The position numbers and the translations under genes are program-made. Under the pieces are notes generated by a model. That model was not told where the DNA came from. It worked only from the letters and a program-made list of their open reading frames with translations, and made no database searches. This document shows positions 17,191-25,111 of a DNA stretch of 47,628 nt, one piece after another. Numbering within the stretch: the first letter of the stretch is position 1; every line of letters begins with the position of its first letter. The DNA is from Verrucomicrobiota bacterium (GTDB lineage Bacteria > Verrucomicrobiota > Verrucomicrobiia > Chthoniobacterales > Chthoniobacteraceae). Location: the NCBI GenBank assembly GCA_037130675.1, contig JBAXSN010000001.1:1-47628 (forward strand), read 5' to 3'.

Positions 17191-17260
17191 ATGGGAGATA
17201 TGGGAAGCATGGGAGGAATGGGATTCATATTTCCCATAATTCCCATAATTCCCATTTCCC
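17191..17260. repeat. Compound palindrome, ATGGGA-core family (second copy)
   Basis: Left arm: ATGGGAGAT ATGGGAAGC ATGGGAGGA ATGGGATTC. Centre ATAT. Right arm: TTCCCATAA TTCCCATAA TTCCCAT TTCCC. It lies in the divergent Rrf2/cysK spacer. Confidence 0.9.
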
Positions 17261-17302
17261 CTCTGAAAACATCTCCCTCAAAAAAATTCTACAGAAACTC
17301 GA

Positions 17303-17330
17303 TTGACAAGCTGTGGTATCAGCGTATTCT
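17303..17330 (+). promoter_or_regulatory. Candidate sigma-70-type promoter for the cysK operon
   Basis: TTGACA (17303-17308), 16-nt spacer, TATTCT (17325-17330), about 50 nt upstream of the cysK ATG. This is pattern matching only. Confidence 0.3.
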
Positions 17331-17379
17331 CGCCCCATCGACCGACTGAAACCGCCAAAAATTCAAAAAACCAAAAACC

Positions 17380-18354
17380 ATGCCACACATTTACAACGAC
17401 ATCAGTGAGACCATCGGGAACACGCCGCTGGTTCGCCTCAACCGCACCGCGAAGAAGCACGGAGCCGTCGCCGACGTGCTGCTCAAGCTCGAGTTTTTCA
17501 ACCCGCTTTCGAGCGTGAAGGATCGGATCGGCGTGGCGATGATCGACGACGCCGTGCGCAACGGGAAGATCAACGCCGACACGGTGCTGATCGAGCCGAC
17601 CAGCGGCAACACCGGGATTGCGCTCGCCTTCATCGCTGCAGCTCGCGGGTTGAAGCTCATCCTCACGATGCCCGACACGATGTCCACCGAACGGCGCAAG
17701 CTGTTGAAGATCCTCGGCGCCAAGCTGGTGCTGACTGAAGGTTCCAAGGGCATGAAAGGGGCGATCGCGAAAGCCGAGGAACTCAACGCCAGGATTCCCA
17801 ACAGCGTCATTCTCCAGCAGTTCTCTAACCCCGCGAACCCTGAAATCCACCGCCGCACCACCGCCGAGGAGATCTGGCGGGACACCGAGGGGAAGGTTGA
17901 TTTCGTCGTATCGGGCGTCGGCACAGGCGGCACCATCACGGGCGTTGCCGAAGTGATCAAAGCTCGCAAGCCGGGTTTCAAGGCGATTGCGGTGGAACCG
18001 ACCCGCTCGCCGGTTCTCTCCGGTGGCCAGCCCGCCCCGCACAAGATCCAGGGTATCGGCGCGGGATTCGTCCCTGCCGTTCTCAACACGCAAATCATCG
18101 ACGAAGTGATCCAGGTTAAAGAGGAAGACTCCGGCCCGATTTCCAAGGAAGTCAATCAGCTCGACGGCATCCCTGTGGGTATTTCCAGCGGGGCGGCAAT
18201 CTGGGCGGGCTTGGAACTGGCCAAACGCCCCGAGAATGCCGGCAAACAAATTGTTGTGATTGTGCCGTCATCGGCTGAGCGATATCTCTCGTCCTGGCTC
18301 TTCGCAGACATCGACCCGGAGAGCGACAACATCGACACTCTCATTCCCGCCTAA
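17380..18354 (+). CDS. cysK: Cysteine synthase A (O-acetylserine sulfhydrylase)
   Basis: 324 aa. SVKDRIG PLP-lysine motif and GTGGTITG loop. Confidence 0.93.
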   Translation: MPHIYNDISETIGNTPLVRLNRTAKKHGAVADVLLKLEFFNPLSSVKDRIGVAMIDDAVRNGKINADTVLIEPTSGNTGIALAFIAAARGLKLILTMPDTMSTERRKLLKILGAKLVLTEGSKGMKGAIAKAEELNARIPNSVILQQFSNPANPEIHRRTTAEEIWRDTEGKVDFVVSGVGTGGTITGVAEVIKARKPGFKAIAVEPTRSPVLSGGQPAPHKIQGIGAGFVPAVLNTQIIDEVIQVKEEDSGPISKEVNQLDGIPVGISSGAAIWAGLELAKRPENAGKQIVVIVPSSAERYLSSWLFADIDPESDNIDTLIPA

Positions 18355-18381
18355 TCCGCGGGGATTCACCTAAACGAACTT

Positions 18382-20064
18382 ATGACGCAACCGATCACTC
18401 CAGCCAAGCCGACCCACAACGAGGATCTCAAGACGGGCAGTCCGACGCTCGCCGGGACCATCGCTCAAACGTTGGCTGACCCCCAGTTGGACCGATTCTC
18501 CGAGGATGACAACCAATTCCTGAAGTTTCACGGAATTTACCAGCAGGACGATCGCGACCTGCGCAAAACGGGGAAGAAGTTCATGCTCATGATCCGGGTG
18601 CGGATACCAGGGGGCGTGCTGACCCCAGCGCAGTATCTCGATCTCGATCGGCTCTCGACCGAGTATGGGAATAACACCCTGCGCGTCACTTCCCGGCAGG
18701 CAATCCAGTTCCACGGCGTCATCAAGTCCGATCTGGCCCGGACGATCAAGGGGATCAATGAAAGTCTGCTGACCACCATTGCCGCTTGCGGCGATGTGGT
18801 TCGCAACGTGATGTCTCCGCCGTCGCCGGCCACCAACGGCATTGGCGAGCAACTCCTTGCCGATGCCGCCAAACTCTCCGATGCGCTCGCGCCGGTCACG
18901 CCCGCTTATCACGGGATCTGGATCGACGGCCAGGAGCTCAATCTGGAGGATGAAAAGGTCAAAAACTTCGTGGACCCGCTCTACGGGAAGACCTATCTGC
19001 CCCGGAAGTTCAAGATCGCCTTCGCCATCCCGCCGCTCAACGATGTGGATGTGTTGGCGAACGATGCCGGGCTGATCGCGATTGTCGAGGATGGCAAGCT
19101 CGTCGGCTACAATCTCGCCGTCGGCGGCGGCATGGGCCGCAGCCACGGAAACAGCGAAACCTTCCCGAGAGTGGCCGATGTCGTCGGCTTCATTACCCCG
19201 GACCAGGTGGAAGCAGCCGTGATGGCTATTGTGACGATTCATCGCGATTTCGGCAGCCGCGAAAACCGCAAGCACGCCCGCCTGAAATACATTCTGGCCG
19301 ATCGTGGCGTGGAATGGTTCCAAGCGGAATTGGAATCGCGGCTCGGATTCCAACTGCAACCGGTCCGCCCGTTCGAGTTCACCAAGCAGGGGGACGACTT
19401 CGGCTGGCATCAGCAGAGCGACGGGAGATGGTTCCTCGGGTTATTCGTGGAAACCGGTCGAATCAAAGACACCGAGGAGCGCCGGCTCAAGACGGCCTTG
19501 GTGAAAGTGGTGCGGCAATTCCAAACGGAAGTGCGCCTGACCCCAAGCAACAGCATCATTTTGGCGAACGTTAAAGCCGAAGATCGCGAAGCCATCACTG
19601 CGATCCTGGCCGAGCACGGCATTCCGGTCGTCAAGCAAGGGTCCGCGGTTCGTTGCGCCTCGATGGCCTGCGTCTCGCTGCCCACTTGCGGCCTGGGTCT
19701 GGCGGAAAGCGAACGTTACCTGCCAAGCTTGATCAGCCGGATCGAATCGCTCCTGGAAGAAGTCGGACTCGGCGACCAGGAAATCACGATCCGCATGACC
19801 GGATGTCCGAACGGGTGTGCGCGACCTTATCTGGCGGAAATCGGATTTGTCGGCAAAGCGCCCGGCAAATACCAGGTCTATTTCGGCGGCAATAAAGCCA
19901 GCACGCGGTTGAATCGCATCTGGAAAGAGACCGTAAAGGACGAGGAGATCATCAACGAACTCCGCCCCGTATTCGTCCGCTACGCACAAGAACGGACCGA
20001 GGACGAGCGGTTCGGCGACTGGGTGGAACGCGCAATCTGGACTGAAGAAACGACCGCCGTTTAA
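18382..20064 (+). CDS. cysI: Assimilatory sulfite reductase, siroheme/[4Fe-4S] hemoprotein
   Basis: 560 aa. Cys cluster CVSLPTCGLG ... TGCPNGCARP. No cysJ flavoprotein is adjacent, so it may be the ferredoxin-dependent (Sir) type. Confidence 0.88.
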   Translation: MTQPITPAKPTHNEDLKTGSPTLAGTIAQTLADPQLDRFSEDDNQFLKFHGIYQQDDRDLRKTGKKFMLMIRVRIPGGVLTPAQYLDLDRLSTEYGNNTLRVTSRQAIQFHGVIKSDLARTIKGINESLLTTIAACGDVVRNVMSPPSPATNGIGEQLLADAAKLSDALAPVTPAYHGIWIDGQELNLEDEKVKNFVDPLYGKTYLPRKFKIAFAIPPLNDVDVLANDAGLIAIVEDGKLVGYNLAVGGGMGRSHGNSETFPRVADVVGFITPDQVEAAVMAIVTIHRDFGSRENRKHARLKYILADRGVEWFQAELESRLGFQLQPVRPFEFTKQGDDFGWHQQSDGRWFLGLFVETGRIKDTEERRLKTALVKVVRQFQTEVRLTPSNSIILANVKAEDREAITAILAEHGIPVVKQGSAVRCASMACVSLPTCGLGLAESERYLPSLISRIESLLEEVGLGDQEITIRMTGCPNGCARPYLAEIGFVGKAPGKYQVYFGGNKASTRLNRIWKETVKDEEIINELRPVFVRYAQERTEDERFGDWVERAIWTEETTAV

Positions 20065-20071
20065 TCTCCCC

Positions 20072-20728
20072 ATGACCTCCGATCAAATCGCTCACTGGAA
20101 CGCCGAATTGCGTTCGAAATCGCCGCTCGAAATCACCCGCTGGGCCATCGAAATGGCCAATGGCCGCGCAATTGTCTCCACCAACTTCCGGCCCTACGAA
20201 GCCGTCGTGCTGCACCTCTGCACTCAGGTGCAGCGGGACATCCCGGTGCTCTGGGTGGATCACGGATACAATCGGCCGGCCACCTACAAGCACGCCGAGC
20301 AACTCCGCGGGCAGCTCGACCTGAATATCAAGGCTTACTTGCCGATCGTCACCGCGGCGCATCGGGACGCCATCTTCGGGCCGATCCCGGCCACCGACGA
20401 CGAGCCCGCATTGAAGCAATTCAGCGCCATGATGAAACTGGAGCCGTTCCAGCGGGGAATGCGCGAATTGGCGCCGACCGTCTGGATTACCGCGTTGAGG
20501 AAGGTGCAGAACCCGAATCGTGCGGAACTCGACGTTGTTTCCGCCGATCCGAACTTCGGCTCGATTAAAGTCAGCCCGGTTTTCCATCTCAGCGACGAGG
20601 AGATGGAAGCCTATCTCCAGGCAAATGGCCTCCCGAATGAATGGGACTATTTCGATCCCGCCAAGGCCGACGAAAAAAGGGAATGCGGCCTCCACGCCTC
20701 CTGGGGCGGGAAATCGCTGACCAAATAA
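20072..20728 (+). CDS. cysH: Phosphoadenylyl-sulfate (PAPS) reductase-type CysH
   Basis: 218 aa with a C-terminal KRECGLH motif. Only two Cys in total, so there is no CC...CxxC Fe-S signature of APS reductases. Confidence 0.85.
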   Translation: MTSDQIAHWNAELRSKSPLEITRWAIEMANGRAIVSTNFRPYEAVVLHLCTQVQRDIPVLWVDHGYNRPATYKHAEQLRGQLDLNIKAYLPIVTAAHRDAIFGPIPATDDEPALKQFSAMMKLEPFQRGMRELAPTVWITALRKVQNPNRAELDVVSADPNFGSIKVSPVFHLSDEEMEAYLQANGLPNEWDYFDPAKADEKRECGLHASWGGKSLTK

Positions 20729-20760
20729 CCGGCCTCAAATCGATGAGAGAACCAGACTCC

Positions 20761-21021
20761 CGCAGAGACGCAGAGGCGCAGAGAGTCATTCTTTTGCCCT
20801 CGTTCCAGAGCTCCAGCTTGGGAACGAGCGAGGCAAACCAGCACGGCATCGACGCCCCATCCCAAGGCGGCAGGGGACTGCCGCACTCCAAGGCGCTGGC
20901 GCGCTCCGTCCCATGCGCGAAGCGCCTTGGAGTGCGGTGGCCCTCCACCGCCTTCAGGGGAGACACCGCACCGCCTTCAGCCCATCCATTCCCACACCTC
21001 TGCGCCTCCGCGCCTCTGCGG
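20761..21021. repeat. MITE-like 261-bp element bounded by CGCAGAG-core inverted arms, with nested internal hairpins
   Basis: Left arm CGCAGAGA CGCAGAGG CGCAGAGA (20761-20784). Right arm CCTCTGCG CCTCCGCG CCTCTGCG (20997-21020). Inside are a perfect 17-bp inverted repeat (20881-20897 / 20921-20937), a CTCGTTCC...GGAACGAG hairpin (20799-20828) and a 12-bp direct repeat CACCGCCTTCAG (20946-20957, 20969-20980). Confidence 0.85.
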
Positions 21022-21047
21022 TGAAACGCAAAACAGACCAAATTTCA

Positions 21048-21950
21048 ATGAGCAGTTATCACATTGACCACCTCCAATATCTTGAAACCGAAGCCATCCA
21101 CATCATGCGGGAGGTGGCGGCGGAATTCGAACGCCCGGCCCTCCTGTTTTCCGGAGGCAAAGACTCCATCTGCCTGTTGCGCCTGGCCGAGAAAGCTTTC
21201 AGGCCCTCGGATATCCCGATGCCGTTCCTCAACATCGACACCGGCCACCATTTCCCTGAACTCAACGAATTCCGCGACCGGCGCGCAAAGGAACTCGGCG
21301 CCAAGTTGATCATCCGCAAGGTCGAGGACGCCATCGCCCAAGGGATCGCCATTCCCTCTCCGGGCGAGGTCAGCCGGAACCGGTTGCAGATCCCGACGTT
21401 GCTCGCGGCCATCGAGGAGTTCCGATTCGACTGCTGCATCGGCGGCGCCCGGCGCGACGAGGAAAAGGCGCGGGCAAAGGAGCGGTTCTTCAGCTTCCGC
21501 GACGGATTCGGCCAGTGGGACCCAAAGAATCAGCGCCCGGAAATCTGGAACCTCTACAACACCAAAGTAAATCCGGGTGAGAACATGCGTGCGTTCCCGC
21601 TCAGCAACTGGACCGAGATGGACGTTTGGGAATACATCCGCAAAGAAAATCTGGAAGTCCCGACAATCTATTTCAGTCATGATCGCGAATGTGTTCGCCG
21701 CCATGGCCAATGGCTCCCGGTGAACGATCTCGTTCCGCCAAAGGCCAACGAGCAGACGAAGAAGCTCGTCGTCCGCGTCCGCACCATTGGCGACATCATC
21801 AGCACCGGTTGTGTCGAATCCCCGGCAACGACCGTGGCGGATATCCTCGCCGAAATCGCCGCCGCCCGGGTCACCGAACGCGGCTCGCGAGCCGACGACA
21901 AATCCTCCGAAGCGGCGATGGAGGACCGCAAAAAGGCTGGGTACTTCTAA
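21048..21950 (+). CDS. cysD: Sulfate adenylyltransferase subunit 2
   Basis: Start set at MSSYHIDHLQYLETEAIHIMRE (ATG 21048 checked). PAPS-reductase-fold SGGKDS motif. The upstream part of the ORF runs through the repeat element. Confidence 0.92.
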   Translation: MSSYHIDHLQYLETEAIHIMREVAAEFERPALLFSGGKDSICLLRLAEKAFRPSDIPMPFLNIDTGHHFPELNEFRDRRAKELGAKLIIRKVEDAIAQGIAIPSPGEVSRNRLQIPTLLAAIEEFRFDCCIGGARRDEEKARAKERFFSFRDGFGQWDPKNQRPEIWNLYNTKVNPGENMRAFPLSNWTEMDVWEYIRKENLEVPTIYFSHDRECVRRHGQWLPVNDLVPPKANEQTKKLVVRVRTIGDIISTGCVESPATTVADILAEIAAARVTERGSRADDKSSEAAMEDRKKAGYF

Positions 21951-21969
21951 CGAGCGCGCCCCTGTTTTA

Positions 21970-22083
21970 GACAGGATTAACAGGATTGACATGATTTACA
22001 GGATTAGAAGCGATGACTACTAACCCGCCATCTCAGACCTTGGGCGAAATCCTGAGAATCCAATAAATCCTGTTAATCCTGTC
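21970..22083. repeat. Compound palindrome, ACAGGATT-core family (9-bp period, ~40-nt spacer)
   Basis: Left arm: GACAGGATT AACAGGATT GACATGATT TACAGGATT. Right arm: AAATCCTGAG AATCCAATA AATCCTGTT AATCCTGTC. The outer 18 bp are perfectly complementary (21970-21987 / 22066-22083). Confidence 0.9.
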
Positions 22084-22123
22084 AAAAAATTCAAACCGAA
22101 TATTTCTCAGAAACATTTTTCCA

Positions 22124-23443
22124 ATGACCGTTTCAGCACACCATCCCATCGATCTCCTTCGTTTCAACACCTGCGGCAGTGTCGATGACGGGAAATCCAC
22201 CCTTATCGGCCGCCTGCTCTATGACTCGAAGTCATTGATGGAGGACCAGATCGAAGCCCTCGAGCGCTCCGCCGACATCACCGGCGGCGGGCAGATCAAC
22301 CTGGCCAATCTCACCGACGGACTGCGGGCCGAGCGGGAGCAGGGGATCACCATCGACGTCGCTTACCGCTACTTCGCCACGCCACGCCGCAAGTTCATCA
22401 TCGCGGACACCCCTGGCCACGTTCAATACACCCGCAACATGGTCACCGGCGCTTCCAACGCCAACCTGTCGGTCGTGCTCGTCGATGCGCGCCTGGGCGT
22501 CATCGAACAAAGCCGCCGCCACACCTGCATCGCCTCGCTGCTGCGCATCCCGCATCTCGTGGTGGCGGTCAATAAGATGGATCTGGTGGGTTGGAGCGAA
22601 GAGCGGTTCATGGAGATCCGCGACGAATTCGAGGAATTCCTGCCGCGGCTCGACATGAAGGATGTGCAGTTCATCCCGATCAGCGCGATTCACGGCGACA
22701 ACGTGGTCGATCTGTCGAAGAATATGCCGTGGTACCCGGGGCCCACGCTGCTTGGTCACCTCGAATCGATCCACATCGGCAGCGATTGGAATCTCAACGG
22801 CTTCCGGTTGCCCGTCCAGTGGGTCAATCGCCCGAGCAATCCGACCAATCCCGAGCTGCACGACTTCCGCGGCTTCAGCGGCCAGATCGCCGGCGGCATT
22901 GTCCGGACCGGACAAAAGGTCATGGTCCTGCCGAGCGGGCTGGTGACCACGGTGAAAGAGATCCTGACGTATGACGGTCCGGTGGAAGAGGCGTTCTGCC
23001 CGCAATCGGTTACGCTGGTGCTGGCGCACGATATCGACATCAGCCGCGGCGACATCATCGTCGGCCTCGATAATCTCCCGGGAGCCGACACCGAACTGCG
23101 TGCCAAGATTTGCTGGATGCATTCGCGCCCGCTTCAGCCAGGCCGGAAATATCTCCTCAAGCACACCACGCAGACGGTCCAGGCGGTGGTCACGAGCATC
23201 GAGGACCGGCTGAACATCACCAACCTCGAACCCGTGCCCGCGCCCGGCGAGTTGACGCTCAACGACATCGGCGAAATCCGTTTGCGGACTTCCAAGCCGC
23301 TGCACTTCGATGGCTACAGCACCAACCGCCTCACCGGTTCCTTCATCCTGATCGAACAAGGCACCAACGCCACGGTTGCCGCCGGCATGCTCTTCCCGCC
23401 GACCAACGTCGTGAAACCCGAATACAATGATTTCGCGATCTAA
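22124..23443 (+). CDS. cysN: Sulfate adenylyltransferase subunit 1 (GTPase), no APS-kinase fusion
   Basis: 439 aa. G1 GSVDDGKST, G3 DTPGH, G4 NKMD. Confidence 0.92.
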   Translation: MTVSAHHPIDLLRFNTCGSVDDGKSTLIGRLLYDSKSLMEDQIEALERSADITGGGQINLANLTDGLRAEREQGITIDVAYRYFATPRRKFIIADTPGHVQYTRNMVTGASNANLSVVLVDARLGVIEQSRRHTCIASLLRIPHLVVAVNKMDLVGWSEERFMEIRDEFEEFLPRLDMKDVQFIPISAIHGDNVVDLSKNMPWYPGPTLLGHLESIHIGSDWNLNGFRLPVQWVNRPSNPTNPELHDFRGFSGQIAGGIVRTGQKVMVLPSGLVTTVKEILTYDGPVEEAFCPQSVTLVLAHDIDISRGDIIVGLDNLPGADTELRAKICWMHSRPLQPGRKYLLKHTTQTVQAVVTSIEDRLNITNLEPVPAPGELTLNDIGEIRLRTSKPLHFDGYSTNRLTGSFILIEQGTNATVAAGMLFPPTNVVKPEYNDFAI

Positions 23444-23660
23444 AGCCCAACAGGAGGTCCCCCGGGCTCTGCCGGAGTGGCTCCCAAAGTTTGAATTATC
23501 CTAGATCCGGCAGAAGAGCCTCGCGAAATCCAATTGCTTTCTAGGATTATAGTTCGGTCAATTTTCGAAGGCAGAGTGCCGGATTTTGACCGCCCGTGTC
23601 CGGACAAAATGGAATTTGCCGATGGCAACAAACCCGCCGTTTTGCTAGCGTCCTCGTCAA

Positions 23661-24548
23661 GTGAACCGAGATCTTCTACCCATCATCGCCATTACTGAGC
23701 CCTCGGCCGATTACGAACTGTTGGACAGCGGCGATGGTGAAAAACTGGAGCGCTACGGCAAGGTGCTGTTGCGCAGGCCGGACCCGCAAGCCTTGTGGCG
23801 CAAATCCGATGCTGCGCTCTGGAAGGAGGCTCACGGCTGCTTTGTGCGCGAGGGGCGCGATGGCCGCTGGAATTTCACCAAAGCGGTTCCCGAAAAATGG
23901 ACGATCCGCCTGGCTAATCTGACCTTCAATATTCGTCCGACCGCCTTCAAGCATACCGGCATTTTTCCGGAACAGGCCCCGAATTGGGACTGGATGCGGG
24001 AAGCAATCCGCACGGCGGGCCGGGAAATCTCGGTGTTGAACCTTTTTGGCTACACCGGGGGAGCGTCGCTGGTCTGTGCCCAAGCCGGCGCCAAAGTCTG
24101 CCACGTCGATGCCTCCAAAGCCTCCGTCGGTTGGGCGAGGGACAATGCCGAACTCTCCGGGCTGGCCGCAAAACCGATCCGATGGATTGTCGATGACGCG
24201 AAGGCGTTCGTGAAAAGGGAATTGCGGCGAGGAAATCGCTACGACGCAGTCATTATGGACCCGCCAGCGTTTGGCCGGGGGCCGGAAGGCGATGTGTGGC
24301 AGATCGAAGACGATTTCGTTCCCCTAATGGATTCCTGCCGGGAACTGCTGAGCGATACGCCACTCTTCTTTGCCGTCAACGGCTATGCCTCCGGTTATTC
24401 CCAGTTGGCCTACCGTTATAACCTGGCGGCTCTTGGCAAAAGATTCGGCGGAGAACTCGAATCCGGCGAGCTTACGATCCGGGAATCCAAAGGCGGCAGA
24501 CTGCTGCCTTGCGGGATTTTTGCGAGGTGGTTTGCCGGAAAGAAATGA
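23661..24548 (+). CDS. Class I SAM-dependent methyltransferase (RlmI/RlmK-like, no PUA domain)
   Basis: 295 aa, GTG start. NLFGYTGG (motif I) and IMDPPAFGRG (motif IV). Confidence 0.8.
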   Translation: MNRDLLPIIAITEPSADYELLDSGDGEKLERYGKVLLRRPDPQALWRKSDAALWKEAHGCFVREGRDGRWNFTKAVPEKWTIRLANLTFNIRPTAFKHTGIFPEQAPNWDWMREAIRTAGREISVLNLFGYTGGASLVCAQAGAKVCHVDASKASVGWARDNAELSGLAAKPIRWIVDDAKAFVKRELRRGNRYDAVIMDPPAFGRGPEGDVWQIEDDFVPLMDSCRELLSDTPLFFAVNGYASGYSQLAYRYNLAALGKRFGGELESGELTIRESKGGRLLPCGIFARWFAGKK

Positions 24549-24670
24549 CTCCGAAAGCAGGAAGCCGCTGACGCGGTGGGATGCTCCATAGTAGAAGCGG
24601 CTTCCAGCCGTTTTCCGCCGGGAGCAGCCCTTCTTCGTCATGCGTGGGGATGGGCCGCATCACAAACTCC

Positions 24671-24946
24671 TTACCACCCTCGTCCGTAAGGTCCGTAAGG
24701 CCAGGGGCGTTCCCAGTTCTTGTTCATGATGTCGTAGGAGCGATCCACCGGCCTGGTGAACACGATCGGGCTGAGGACATAGGTGCGTTCACCCACGGGA
24801 GCGACCCGGCTTGTGTGATAGACGTTGTATTCGCGAACAGGCGGCGCGGTTTCGCAGCCCGCGAGTAGCATAATGGCCAAGCTGGCCAGCGAAGCGATGG
24901 ATGCGGTCCGAAGCTGGTGGTTCGAATTTGCGATAATGGTTCTCAT
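24671..24946 (-). CDS. Small putative lipoprotein
   Basis: Internal start MRTIIAN... (ATG 24944-24946 checked) gives a 91-aa product with the lipobox LLAGC. The longer 178-aa ORF has no support. Confidence 0.5.
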   Translation of the reverse strand: MRTIIANSNHQLRTASIASLASLAIMLLAGCETAPPVREYNVYHTSRVAPVGERTYVLSPIVFTRPVDRSYDIMNKNWERPWPYGPYGRGW

Positions 24947-25111
24947 GGTTTCCTCAACATGGTTTCGGTCAAAGGTTGCCACCCGATTGCATGGGGTGTG
25001 CGACCGGGCAACGCGGAAGCCGAACTTCGCGTCTCCGTGAGTCGTTCCCGTTAAATTGGCGGGAAATTTCCCACCGCCGGGCCGGGCACCGTCGATTTCC
25101 TCACGAATCAA

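Noticed and set aside
20072-23443. A missing APS kinase. CysH is PAPS-type (no Fe-S cysteines) and CysN is not fused to CysC, which suggests an incomplete pathway.
   Set aside because: cysC can simply lie elsewhere in the genome, and absence from a 47-kb window is not evidence of absence. Substrate preference also cannot be settled from cysteine counts alone.
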